Shown here: positions 1-13,215 of the stretch, in pieces
Numbering within the stretch: position 1 is the first letter of the stretch
Layout of the letters: the number at the start of each line of letters is the position of its first letter
Source of the DNA: Azolla caroliniana
Lineage: Eukaryota; Plantae; Polypodiophyta
Direction of reading: 5' to 3'
NCBI GenBank assembly: GCA_043228905.1
Contig: JBHGNT010000002.1
Span: 16,988,001 to 17,052,000 of the forward strand
DNA length: 64,000 nt
Position numbers and translations under genes: made by a program
Notes under the pieces: model-generated
What the model saw: the letters and a program-made list of their open reading frames with translations, nothing else
Told to the model about the DNA's origin: nothing
Databases searched by the model: none

Positions 1-523
1 AATATGAAACAGGAATTTTCTCTTCATGATTTTTCTTTGCTTTATTGAAGACTTACATTGATTTCATAATCACATGCATATTGGTTTATCTGAGGACTAC
101 CATCACAAGATGTCAAGCCTTTCTTGATATGTCACAGTAAGTAGCCCATCATCCATTTGACAAAACCTTGGCTACACTTGTAACAGTCCCTGATTTTTTG
201 ATATGTGTCGTGATGTATGGTTGCCATTGAACTTCAGTACCCGTGTAAATGCCAAACCCATCACCTACACACACTATAATGCATGGATCTCTATGTATCC
301 TTGCCATTATAGAAGCTTCATGGTATACAAAGACTTTCACTTTATGTTGATGTAGTAGTTTCATAGCATACATTAGCTTTCACTTTCTCTTAATTCGGTT
401 TTAAATTGATGACATATGAAGCTTTATATGAATTTAGTGTGTTGATATAATACGCTTCTTTCAGCCCAACAAATGGGTGACAGTCCAAATGCATGGCATT
501 TGAAGACTGAACATATACTACAT

Positions 524-765
524 GAGGAGTTGTCATTTGTCAAAGGTAAAGACTTGAAGATATAACAAAATTATGGGAAGATGTGTCATGTCTTATACAA
601 TATTTGAAATATACAGGAGTTGTCAAAGGTGGAGACTTAATGAAACAAAATTATGAGACGAGGTTATGATGTCTTATGCAAAACATTTGAAGCCTATACA
701 TAGACTACAAGAGGAGTTGTCAAAGGTAGAGACTTGATGAAACAAAATTATGAGACAAGATGAGT
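524..765. repeat. Degenerate tandem repeat, about 3 copies of a 90-95 bp unit
   Basis: GAGGAGTTGTCAAAGGTAGAGACTTGATGAAACAAAATTATGAGA-like unit recurs near 524, 616 and 711. Confidence 0.7.
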
Positions 766-1519
766 GGCCAATCATTTTAGAATTAACCCGCACATACTCA
801 TCATAAGATTAGGAAAAACTACTGAAAACCTATCTCATGATTAGTTATGGTTATGCATGTAACAACTAGTGTATTATTACATTGGAAAAATGTGGAGGCT
901 CACGATTAACATATCATACGACGTTTGTCGCACTTAACCACAAAACCATATTCTTCATCTAACGAGGAAATTGTACACATCAATACATGTTAGAGTCTGT
1001 CTCTTTGTTTGCCATCATAACCATTGCTTCCATGCGACTTAGCTCACATGCACTACGATGTGAGACCGGGCATTGGGGACAAGTGATGAGAGTAGTTGGG
1101 TATGCAAACTTCACTAGAAACAAGTTCGAGTGTTTGAGTACCACACTTTGATGCAATGCTCTACATTTAATTACATTTGACTATACTTTCTGGACAAATT
1201 TTTGACAAACCCCAATCCTTAACACAAATTTCTCTTACAATTATAAAATGCACTCTCGATTGCAACATTCGTTGGTAAAGTTCTTGAACATGGAGAGTCG
1301 CTACTCACTTCCACATATCTTATGTGCAATGTAAGGTTTTTGGTCTCATAGGTCATATTTGACCTCCGAAGACATAATAAAACCTATCTATCTCCGTGTG
1401 TATAGTTATATATACTTTCTTGGAATAAACAAACACTTTCTGAAAATCAAAAGCAACTCTTTGTTGATTTAGATAAGAAAGTAGAGAAATATGTAATTGT
1501 TGAATGAGAGTTGTCTTGC

Positions 1520-1925
1520 TCACAACAACAATCAATCAAGAAGAAAATGATATATGTCCAATCACAAATTGTTAAAACATGCTTGGAATATAGGCTGCAA
1601 GGTAAAAAAATAAAATGAGAAAATCCCTCTTATCTACCATAACAACAATCAAGAAGAGAAAGATATATATGCCCGATCATAGATTGTCAAAACATGCGTG
1701 GAATGTAGGATGTATTGTGCAAAAAACAATCAAGAAGAGAATGTTATGTATGCGATCGTAGACAACCAATAATGATCATGCTTGGAATGTATGATGCAAG
1801 GTACAAAAAACTAATACGACCAATGACATCATGAAATGGTTTAAAAGATGGGGAGTAGTAAATGATCTCGTGGAACTCTCAGGTGATGCTATGAACTATG
1901 TGATAACTAAGGATAGATTACTTAT
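1520..1925 (+). mobile_element. LINE ORF2 remnant, locally triplicated
   Basis: The unit CAATCAAGAAGAGAA..GCTTGGAAT.TAGG.TGCAAGG occurs 3 times. 1780-1925 matches the reverse complement of the LINE fragment at about 40190-40380. Confidence 0.55.
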
Positions 1926-3632
1926 TGCAACCATTATGTTATGTATCCATTATTTTCACATAGAGAGTTTTTACTAAAACGTAGTAATTCCCCATCTTAG
2001 CAAGGATTCACATCTTAGCAAAGGTCCCATAGGTCAAAATTGATCTCCTCGTGGACCCAAAAAAATTCTATTTTATTATGTGTGAGTGTGCGCCCATGTG
2101 TGTATAGATAAAAGCTCTTTATTGATCTAGACAAGAAATCAAGTTGAATATGTGATTGTTGAATGAGAAGTTCCCTCTCATTAACCACACCACGAATCAA
2201 GAAGAGAATGAGCCCAAAATCAAGCAGTGTACACCTTCTTCTTCAAGAAAAAAGACTCGAAAGAAAGAAAGAGTTTCAATTACTAGAGCAACAAGTTGGG
2301 AACGATCACAATGCAAATTGAGAATAGAATGAATGGATAGATAGATAAATCTTGTGTTTTCGTGAGAGACTGTTTGGTAACCTTTGTCTACCCTTCACAT
2401 CAAAGATGATAGCCCTAGATGCTACATTAGTTCTTCTCCCATTGGTGGTCTCTCATCACTATGCACATAGAGAGAGAGAGAGAGACGGGGAGAGTGATAA
2501 TGAATAATGAATAAGCTCACAACTCAAAACAACAATCTCCATATAATTGAACTAAAAAACAAAAACAAAAAACAAAAATAGAAGAAAAAAACAAAAAACA
2601 AAAAGGGAACTCCCCAACCACATGCAAGTACACACCAAAAGACAACCTAGGTAATGTGCCCCCACACATTGATGACAAGAACATCACCACATATATGACA
2701 TCGACGATCATGATGATGCCAATCCACCTAGAGTCCCTAATGTGTCTTCTAACAACCACATAAACCTCAATAAAACTCACACTAACCGCCCTACGCCCCA
2801 CATCCTTCTACTTTTACCTCAAATTGACATCTTCTGATCATAAAGCTTGTCACCCACCCTCACGCATCTTGCATAATGCCATCATCATCAACATAATACA
2901 ATCATCAATACTTTTTGTAATTGATGTCACTTGATGAAACACCCCCTCACTCATCATCGTCCCGAAACATCACCAACTACCACAACTCAACATTAACAAT
3001 GCCACCTTAGTTGAATGCTTCATCCCTTGCTTCACTACGACTTTTTTTTGGACTAAATGATTGCTAATTCTGGCTTAATTAGGTGCCCAAAGCATATAAA
3101 ATTCAAATGGATTCAATGAAGAAAACTTCAATTGTCCACATTACCATTCCACCACCTCGATTGAATCACTCCTTGGGCACTTATGTTGGTTTCAGGACAA
3201 ATCTAAGGGCTCGTTGTTCCATTACACCATACATATACATATTTTTCTAGACTTACTAGATGCAACTATAGAATGTAGGTGTCTTGTCTCCATCAAACAA
3301 CATTCTTAATCTCAAGACCTAGGCCTAATTACATAATTAAATTATTATGTAACCAGATCATGTTGGTGATTTCTTGTTTATTGGATTGTCTATTGGGTCC
3401 GTGGAATCATGGTAAAGTCTCTCCATGATTAAATGTTAAGGTCTAGTCTTGTGAATGTGATTAAGTGTACGATTAGAGTTTTCTTTAGTAGTTAGCTTGT
3501 GAGTTTGTAGCTTGAGAGCTAGTTCTCAAGAACACCTGAATAACATGTAACTTTTGGTAAGGACATCGAAAGACACTCCCATCCTGCAATAGTTTCATTT
3601 CTATGACTTGTTGTTCACACCCACTTGGTTTT

Positions 3633-3997
3633 TGTTGAGAATCAAAGTCAACTTCCCTAGTGTAGGAACACACCTTAGGAATAGTCAAGTGTGTGAACAC
3701 CCCACTACTTTGTATCATAACTAATGTTTCATAGAAATTAAGTCCTATGACACATAGTTAGTAGGCAGTTAAGTCTCCACCTCTTACTCAAGAGGTAGTC
3801 GTAGTGAGAGAGTATAGAGAGAAGGTGACTACATAAGCACCTTCTCCTCTTCTTTGTAACTATTGGTTGTTATTTTTCCTTGTTTTCTGTCTATTTGTGT
3901 CGTCTCTCTCTCTCTCTCTCATACACACACGCACACGCGGGTGCACACACACACATCTTCATTCCGCTGTACAGAATCATACACTCGATTCTTTACA
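3633..3997 (+). repeat. 5' LTR of Copia-1
   Basis: TGTTGAGAATC...CTTTACA; direct repeat of 11051-11424 with scattered substitutions and indels. Confidence 0.93.
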
Positions 3998-4157
3998 TGG
4001 TAAAGAGTGATTGGTAGCTTGATCTAAGCTCATCCGTGTGTGTTGTGTATATGCCAACTTTCATGAAGAACCTGTCGATCGCTGTAGTAGCAACCCTACA
4101 TAGTTCGTATGACAGAGAAGAAGAAGAAGAACACTTATTTCAACCAAGTCGACCATC

Positions 4158-7100
4158 ATGAACACCCAGATGGGCAACTCTCTTCCCAATGAAAAGATGG
4201 ACAGAAACAACTTTGCACCTTGGGAATACAAGATGCACCAATACCTTGTTGGTCAAGGCTATTGGAGTTATATTGAAGGAGTACAAGAATCTCAACCCAA
4301 CCCAATACACGCTGACTATCTAGCATGGGAGCAAGCGGCAAGTCGTGTGTTGTATTGCCTAGCATCATGCGTTCATGATCACATGGTTGACTATATTCGA
4401 GAGGCCAAAATGCTGCAGGAGGCGTGGGGGAACCTCAAGAAGATCTTTGTGGCACGATTGCACGGAAACTTCAACTCCTTCAAGAGTTGAAAAACATTCA
4501 ATAGAGGGACATATCGATCACTAGCTACACCTTGAAAATCAAGGAGATGGTGCAAATATGCCTCGACAGCTTAGCACCACGGTTTGGCGCAATAAGGACG
4601 AACGTTTTCTCAAGGGAGAATCCTCCCTCCTTCTTTGAATTTTAGCTGATGCTGTTGGTCGAAGAGAATCACGTCCGAACGAGGACCAATGCATCAGAAG
4701 CACACATGCTTTATTCACACTCAAATAGTGGCAAAGAACGAGGTTGTGCAAGAAGAGGCCGATTCGGTGAAGGACGAAATGATCGAGGTCTAACCCATGA
4801 ATACATCTCCCATTACCGGCAAGAAGTTGGAAACACATGAGGAATATTCGGCAAAAGGGAGAGCCACTATGCTAGGCCAAGCTGACAAAACAACTCCGTT
4901 GAATGCGGATATTGTGGGAGAGTCAGTCACTATGAGGAAGAGTGCTGAAAGAAGAAAAGTGAGTCGACGTGTACAAGCCGAAAACTCACCAACTATGCCT
5001 CGAACTCTAATTATGAGGATCGTGGCGGTGTGTTCGTAATGAAGTATAGCACAAACTCAATGTTGGGATCCGGCCCGACCAACATCTCTAATCTTGAAAA
5101 TGTATGGTTTGTCAACTCTAGCGCGTCCAATCACATGACGTCTCATGAATATTGGTTCCGAGAGTTGCGTAAACCCGAACAACCCGACTATGCAGAAACC
5201 GGGGATGCCACAAATCACCCCATTTAGCATGACAACAATGTCCCATTGGAGAAAGACAACAAAAAAACAAACATAAAAATTTCTTGCATGTACCAACCAT
5301 AACAAAGAATCTTGTCTCGGTTGGCCAGATTGTGGAACAAGGCATGCAAGTTCATTTCAACCACGAAGGATTCTTTATTGAGAAAGAGGGCCGACCCATC
5401 GCTCTTGGTCGAAGGGAAGGCCGTATGTTTATCTTGAAGTTGAAGGAGGTAAAATTGGCCATGTTCGCAAAGGGCCATAAAGTTGGCACCAATATAGAGC
5501 TATGGCATTAAAGAATCAACCACATTAATCTCCAAAAGCTCAAAGGCATGCAGACGAAAGGATTTGTCATCCCTACCTTTATTAAGAAGGAGATTTCAGG
5601 CGTATGTGAAGCTTGCCAATTCGACAAACAACATCGCCACCCGTTCCCGAAAGAGAGGAACGTGAGAAAATGCCTATTGGATGTATTCCACTCTGATGTA
5701 TTGGACCAACACAAACAACCACATTCGGAGCATGCCGATACTATGTCACATTCATTGACGACTTCTTGAGACACACTTGGATTTATCTAATGCGCTACAA
5801 GAGTGAAGTGTTCACACACTTCCAAAAGTTCAAAAGTGAAGTCGAAAAGGCAACTGCCCAGCATGTACGATGTCTATAGTCAAGCGGAGGTAAGAATACT
5901 TCCCCGACGCCTTCATAGCATACCTTCGACAAGAAGGAATTTAGTGGGAGTTCACCTACCTACACACACCTCAACAAAATGGAGTAGCCGAACAAAAGAA
6001 TTGGTACATACTCGAGGTGACACGGGCCATGATGAACGAGAAAAAGTTGCCTAAGTCATACTGGGTTGAAGTTAGGGATCAACATTGGCTAGGTTCAAGC
6101 CTAAATCGATTTGCCAAACTAGCTTAAGACGGCTTGGGGGATTTGCGGCTCGGCTTGGCTTAGGCTTGAGCCTAGCTAAACGGTTTAAGCTTGATTCATT
6201 TTGGCTTCAGCCTTGCCAAACTGACTCAAACTAATTAAGCCGTTCATGATTAAAATAATTAGGTTAGATGTGTGTGTGAGAGAGAGACTCACTGAGAGGA
6301 CACAGAAAGCCATAACCATAGTCACATAGACGTGAGAGAGAGAGAGAGAGAGAGAGAGAGCCCACACATTGCATACTATATAGTGGACAAGAAGGGAGGA
6401 GGGGAGGATAATTGAACTTTGGTGGGTGGTGTGCAAATGGGAGAGAGGTATTGGAAATGAGTGGAACGAATTCATAAGGAGGAGGGAGGGTGAGGGGCAA
6501 TGATCGTGTTGGTAGGGACTGTGCTTCTATGTGTTAGAGAAGACCACCATTCCCTTTTGTTCTTACGCCTCATTAGATATGGAGGTAGTGGAGGAGGCAG
6601 AGGACGAGGCCTCTTGTTGCGGTTGCGTTTCTCGGCCATGATTATGCTCCTTCTCCTTCTCCTTTTGCTTTTGCTTTTGCATTTGCATTTCTGCCTCCTC
6701 GTTGACCCAAAACTAACTTAACAAGATGCCTTATGGTAATCCAAATTCCAATGTCCATCTCTTGCTTGTGCATGTGTCAAGTTGAGATTGGCTAGGGAAG
6801 GCCAACTTGAGACCCGGGCCACGAACCTCAACATATATTCACGTATCGTCACCGAAGTGAAAATGTATTGACTGCACCGAGCACCCAATTGCTCTGTTTC
6901 TTGACAATGGATGATCTTCAACCTAAACTCATAGATTTGGCCACATATGGTCTCGGGTACTACTTGGAGTAACCTTACCCTAACCATGTTTCTACGCTCA
7001 GAGAAAGTGTGCTGCAAGAAAATGGATGATCTCACCAAGTGCTCGATTCATCTACTTATCAACAAAGCATTATCTTCGACGTAAACTCTTCGTGTAGTGC

Positions 7101-9700
7101 ATATTCAATTGACAAGTCAAGAATGTGAACACTCCCTTAATTCCACTTGAAAACATGGCATTCCCTCATCCATCTAAAGTGCTCTCATATATAGAAAGCA
7201 AACCAACTACACTTCATTATCAAGGTTTGGTTGCTAAAGTTGATCATTGTGTGTTTTTTCACAATATCTAGACTCCATGTTGCCACATTCATTCAATGTT
7301 GCAGAAGTCATAGCCTAGCTCTTATATAAACGGGATTAAGTTGTTGAGTTTGGCTTATGTTGTACAATTCATGGTGGAAAGCTTAATATTAAGGGTGAAT
7401 GGAAAGTTCAACAATTTAACAAATACTTGAAAAGGAATTAACCTACATTTTAAAATGCTAATAGTAGCTTGTAATAATAGTTTTCTCCCAAAATCGGTTT
7501 AGGTTTGAGAACCCAAAAATAGGTGCACAACATCTAGAGTACACGACGTAGCTCCCCACGAGAAGTAAGTACTCTGGAAGAAAACTAGACTTATCTCACA
7601 TCAAGATATTTGGCACCATTGCATACATGCACATTTTTTATGAAAAGCGGCGGAAGCTCGATCCAAAACCGGAGAAGTGCATCCTTGTGGGTTACTCACT
7701 TAAAACAAAAGGAGTACAAATTCTTTAACCCTCTACTAGGAAGGTATTCGAGTGAGTAGGGATGTCGTATTAGACGAATCGACATCATCATATGAACCTA
7801 AGCCGACACCGCTCGAACCATTTACGGTTGATTTTAACAACACAAAGGACAATGATAAACTGAGGTCAATAAGCGAGGAGAGTCCCATCTCAACCAAATT
7901 GACTAGACCACAAGAGCCTCCAAGCAACCAGAGCACAAATCGGACATGTGCCGAACTGGACAAAGGCAAGGCCAAAATGCCGAAAATGAAGACGATCAAT
8001 CCGATGGCAATGAATCAACTGACTCACTCAACAGTGAGCTCAATGTCTTTGATGTACCTATCATGAGGACACCTGGTGTAAAGAAAGCCATTGCCACAAC
8101 AAATGAAAAACTCTGACACTCCACCCGTGAGAAGAATCCAGGTAGTTGATTCGGTTACAATGACTACATGGCATACCGTTATGCCTTTTTGATGAATGTG
8201 GTAGCTATTCATGAACCGGAAAGCTTTGCCAAAGCCACTAAAGATCTATGATGGGTCAAAGCAATGAACGAAGAGATGCAAGCACTCAATAAGAACAAGA
8301 CATGGGATCTTGTCCCCCACTCATCTCATAAAAAGATAATCGGTTGTAAATGGATATACAAGGTGAAGTATAATGTCGACGGCTCCATCGACTTCTACAA
8401 AGCTCGATTCGTAGCGAAAGGTTACGCACAGACACATGGAGTCGACTATGAAGAGAATTTTGCCCCGGTGGCAAAGATAACAACTGTGAGGACCGTGATA
8501 GCGCTTGCAGTAGCGAAAGGGTGGTACCTCCATCAAATGGACGAAAAGAACGCCTTTCTTCAAGGCGAATTAGAGGAGGTGTATATGATTTAGCCTCTCG
8601 GTTTCAAGTCGAGCACACACCCGCAAGCGGTATGCACACTCAAAAAGCCTCTCTATAGCCTCAAGCAAGAACCTAGAGCATGATATTCAAAGATAACTCA
8701 GTATGTTCATAAATCGGCTTCAAACTGAAGTCTAACAATTCCCTGTTCATTCGGAGCGACTCTAGAGGATAGTTATTCATCATTATATACGTTGACCACT
8801 TGGTGATTGGAGGAGAACGCCTCGCCAATATCAATCACATCAAGGAACTTCTCTCCGGACGATTCAAAATGAAAGATATGAAGGAGCTCCATTACTTGCT
8901 TGGTATAGAAGTAATTCAAACTCCAACCGGCATCATGATCTCCCAATGACATTATGTCCTCAATCTGATCTTTAAGTTTAGGATGACAGAGTGTAAGCTC
9001 GTCACTACCCCTCATGACCGAAACCTCAAACTCGATGCCGACTCCGGCACCACCAAGTGTGAACCAACATACTATCAACAACTTGTCAGAAGTCTTATCA
9101 ACCTCATGATCACTTGACCCGACCTTAGCTATCCGGTCGACCTCCTTAGTCAATTCATGCAAACTCCACGTGATATACATTTAGATTGTGCTAACAAGTG
9201 TTACGATATGTGAGTGGAATGATGAACTATGGCATTTACACAAGTCATCCACACATATTCGACTCGAAGGGTACACCGATGCTGATTGGGCCTACTACAA
9301 AGCCGACAGACGATCGACAGTGGAGCCATATTGTGGAGCAGCAAAAAGAAGCCGACAGTCGCACTATCGAGCTCAGAAGTTGAATACAAGGGTGCAACCA
9401 TGGCCGCATGTGAAACCGTATGGCTCAAGAGGATTCTCAAGGATAAGGACATCTCCGTCAAAGATCCAATCCACGTATACTGTGACAACATGAGTAGTAT
9501 TCACTTGGCTCGCAACCTATTTTTCCTCGCTCGGACTAATCACTTCGAGGTGCATTACCATTTCATCTGAGAACGTGTCATGGCTGGAGATGTCGACATG
9601 CAACACATCAACACAAATCTATAGACGACTGACAACTTCATGAAGGCCTTAGGAGCTGACAAGCTGCAGTAGTTCACGGCGAACCGAGGACTCTTGACCA
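4158..9700 (+). pseudogene. Copia gag-pol pseudogene (stops, frameshifts, interrupted at 6073-7517)
   Basis: gag NFAPWEYKMHQYL; protease-like WFVNSSASNHMT; integrase CEACQFDKQHR..LDVFHSDV; RT CKWIYKVKY..YKARFVAKG, HQMDEKNAFL; RNase H SSSEVEY, YCDNMSSI. Confidence 0.92.
6073..7517. mobile_element. About 1.45 kb insertion interrupting the Copia-1 integrase; hAT-like left end, right end not recognisable
   Basis: Copia frame breaks at YWVEV (6072) and resumes at NRCTTSRVHDV (about 7518). Insert starts TAGGGATCAACA with clustered GGCTT/AAGCC subterminal motifs; no TSD found. Confidence 0.6.
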
Positions 9701-9748
9701 CCAACCAACCGAGCTTAAGGGGGATTAAGGAGCCGTCGCTCGACACGG

Positions 9749-10902
9749 TGTCGTGAAGTTCTGTCACTACGTGCGGATCGTGAGGGGGAACCGCCGGGGT
9801 TCTGGACCAGAAGGACTCGAAGTTTGCACTAGCTTTAGTGAGAAAGGATTTAAGATAGATTGAAAGAGAGAGAGATTGGGATAAGATAGAACGCTTGATT
9901 TAGATTGAGAGAGAGATTAAGATTGAACTCTTGACTTTAGATTTGAAGAACAAGATTGATACATCAATTGGATGACAAATTTTCTTATTTTTTAATTTCT
10001 TGATTAATACTTAGCTCATTTTTCCCCTCCATCCACTCTTTTATAGATGCCCCCATGCATATGATGCTTGTGAGGGTGCAAGACATGCATGTTTGCCACT
10101 TGGCACTCATGTATTACATGTGATGCATGATAACCATGTCACTCAATCGAGCTCTAACATGAAAGTTTACATGTGAAAGTATAATGATAGTAAAAACCTT
10201 TTTAAAGACATGACTTGGTTTAGTGGTAAGTTCATTGCCTCTTATCTTGGAGGTGCAAGGTTCAAGCCTTGCTTGCATCCCTTTGATTACAAATTTTTAA
10301 TAGGTTTTTTTTAGTCTAGATGATTTTGTTCGTTTCACACCGAAATCTTCGCGATCAACCTATCCGATCGATTCGTCTATCCGGTCCGCTTCTGATCCAG
10401 TGATCCGGTCTATCCGTTCCGGTTCCAGTTCCGATGTCGGTTTTGGTTTCGGTTTCGTCGCCGTCCATCTGTTCCAATTCCGGTTCCGTTGTCATCCGAT
10501 GCCGGTGTCGGTTCCGCCAAAACCATTACGAGTAGTTAAGCCACAGTTTAGCCCAAAAACATTCTATGCTCCACTCATAGACAGAAAATAATAAGTTTTG
10601 GGTTTGCTTATATGTAGTGGGATCTTGATTTGTCCTATCTATGTGAGATATCTCATAGTTTTTGTTTTTCTCTTCTTCTTCTCAAACTTCACACTCACAT
10701 AACTTGACACTAAGTTGTCCGTTTCAAATGTGATAAAGTACATTCGGAAGCTCTTGAAGACCTCCATCTTCCCGTACCAAGATATTAAGCTAATCTAAAA
10801 TAGTATCTTCACTATCATTATTTCATGTCTTGTGTGAAGAACCACACTCGATTTTGTACATTCCATGCAATTTTCACACCGTTGCCGAAAATCTTCACGA
10901 CA
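9749..10902 (-). mobile_element. Solo LTR (1154 bp) inserted in the Copia-1 3' region
   Basis: Termini TGTCGTGAAG...CTTCACGACA form a 10-bp inverted repeat; 4-bp TSD ACGG; TATA-like CTATAAAA on the minus strand near 10040. Confidence 0.85.
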
Positions 10903-11050
10903 ACGGAGTCTGACGGAGCATAACAAACATAGAAAATGGAGTAAGCCAACCATCCACAGCCGAAGCTGGAGCTGACTACTGAAGTCAACCTAAATACAAA
11001 TCAAGACCCAAGTCATTATCTGGCAATTGGAAGTTGTATTTGAAGGGGCG

Positions 11051-11424
11051 TGTTGAGAATCAAATTCAACTTCCCTAGTGTGGGAACACACCTTAGGAAT
11101 AACCAAATGTGTGAATGCCCCACTACTTTGTATCATAACTAATGTGTCATAGAAGTTAAGTCCTATGACACATAGTTAGTAGGCAGTTAAATCTCCACCT
11201 CTTACTTAAGAGGTAGTTGTAGTGAGAGAGTATAGAGAGAAGGTAACTACATAAGCACCTTCTCCTCTTCTTTATAACTGTTGGTTGTTATTTTTCCTTG
11301 TTAATATAATTTTCTTGTTTTCTGTCTATCTATGACCTCTCTCTCTCTCTCTCTCTCTCTCTACCTCTCATATAGACACACATCGTCATTCCGTTGCATA
11401 GAATCATACACTCAATTCTTTATA
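11051..11424 (+). repeat. 3' LTR of Copia-1
   Basis: Direct repeat of 3633-3997, preceded by a PPT and followed by TSD GTTTT. Confidence 0.93.
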
Positions 11425-11587
11425 GTTTTCAAATCAATTACTACCCAAAAATTGGCACAAAACAAGTGGGCAAATTATACCAACAAATTCAAGACATGGG
11501 CATTGTTGAGCGAGCAAGCTCAACATGACTCTTTCAATTAATCAACTCATCCCTTTGATTATATTCTACTCTCTTGTCTATATTTTT

Positions 11588-12153
11588 TGTTGTCCCCTTC
11601 TTCGGAAGCAACACCTTTGATTGTCCTTACGGAAATCGGATCAAGGGGTCATGGTACGCGGTGGAAAAACAGAATGTGCACGAGATTTGCTCTGCAATTA
11701 GTGTCGTGTAATGAAATGATCGATGTCATTTAGCCGTAGGACACGATTTTAATTCAAGAAACAACTTCTAAGCATGACCGTAAACACAGAATGGAATAGA
11801 CCCAAAACCATATATATTTATATTACGAGTGGAGGAACAACGATACACGGCTCACGACCGAAGTTACAACAAAAGTATGATCAAATGCTTATGGTATCCT
11901 ATTCTAGCTAGGGGGCTTCGTCTCTCCTCGGTTCACTCCTTTTCCTTTCATTTCTCCTTCACGTTTTATAGCTTTTTCCTTTCCCCGCTTGTCGTGCTTC
12001 AGTCTTCCATCGTTTTCGGTTGCACGTATTGTGGCTGCATTCATTCGGATGTATGTTTCTTGTTACTTTTCTGATTAGGGTTGCCTTCACCTTCTTTGCC
12101 TACCTCCATATTTGTTTCACAGTTAATATTCAAAATTTGGCCTATGGACAACA
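11588..12153. mobile_element. Solo LTR (566 bp) inserted into the 5' LTR of element A
   Basis: Termini TGTTGTCC...GGACAACA, flanked by TTTT on both sides. Removing it restores the A LTR end TATATTTTCTAC.CGTGACA seen at 32224-32243. Confidence 0.85.
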
Positions 12154-12219
12154 TTTTCTACTCGTGACAGTTTATTCAATTTCCCATCCTCGTAGGTCTC
12201 CTTCTCATTAGTTGTAGCT

Positions 12220-13215
12220 ATGTCCGACAACAACTCCAGCTTGAAAATGAAGCTCTTCGGAATTCTTTACGAGGAATTCAAGACGGCGCTTCCCTATCCT
12301 CACAGCCCACGGAGCCTAGTGTCCCACCACAACCTAGCCCGGAGCTCAATCTTCTACCAACATCTGATCTAGCTTTTTCTCATTTTCTTGCTCCTAAGAT
12401 TAGCCTCCCAGAAAAATTTGATTGAACGAGGTCACGTTTCCGGGGTTTCATCAACCAAATTCATCTAATCATTCGGCTACAACCTCAATGTTATGCAGAT
12501 GGTCTTTGACAAGTTGGACTTGTGGGCACCCTCCTCTTCGGTCCGACCCAAGCTTGGTTTGCACCTTTAGTAGAAACTTCGTGACCTCTATTGGAGGACT
12601 TTCCCACCTTCCTCGCTGAGTTAGAGGCCACATTTGGAGAGACGGACCGACGATGTACAACCCTCACCAAGCTTTATGCACTCGAACAAGGTTCGCGTGC
12701 AACTTTTGTCTATGCTTCGGAATTCCAACAACTAGCATGTGACGTCAACTAGGATGATCAAGCTTTAGCTAATTACTTTTGACGAGGCCTTCGGAGCAAT
12801 GTCAAGAATCTTCTCTTGAACTTTCCCGAGCCCACCTTGTTATCCCAAGCGATTTCGCAAGCAGTTCATTGTGACAACCGTTTGTTTGAATTTCGCCAGG
12901 AAGAGCGCCAGACTTGGGGTTCGACTCATTCATTTCCACGACACGGCCCATTTGTACACTCCCCTACTTTGGCAGATGCTCCGATACCAATGGAAATTGA
13001 TCAAGCTTGATTTCGTCCATTGACTGATGCCGAATGACAATTTTAGCGGGTTAATGGATTGTGACTATATTGTGGTGCATCAGGTCATCTCCTTCCCCAT
13101 TGTCCTAGGAGTAATCGCCCACCATTCCATCGAGCCAATGGACCCCAACATCCGGAAAACGACATCGTCTGGTTGCAATAGGAGCCATGCAGCTGGGTGT
13201 CTCCCGTCATCCACA
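12220..13215 (+). pseudogene. gag: Element A gag remnant and gag/pol junction
   Basis: PKISLPEKF, LLNFPEP..LSQAISQAVHCDNRLFE, PMEIDQ; homologous to gag of element C; contains stops and frameshifts. Confidence 0.85.

Larger units (their letters stand above)
3633..11424 (+). mobile_element. Decayed full-length Ty1/copia LTR retrotransposon (Copia-1)
   Basis: LTRs 3633-3997 and 11051-11424; TSD GTTTT on both sides; degenerate Met-i PBS TGGTAAAGAG at 3998; PPT TGAAGGGGCG at 11041-11050; fragments in gag-PR-IN-RT-RH order. Confidence 0.95.

Noticed and set aside
149-373. Minus-strand ORF faintly resembling kinase subdomains II-IV (YAMKLL..HEASIMARI)
   Set aside because: Short and degenerate, no catalytic motifs visible; cannot be supported without a search
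524-1925. Spaced repeats considered as a CRISPR-like array
   Set aside because: Whole units are duplicated without unique spacers; part is LINE-derived; eukaryotic context
3590-11525. Possible older gag remnant split by Copia-1 (PLGF / NYTNKFKTWAL flanks)
   Set aside because: Only a few plausible codons on each side, and no element boundaries found
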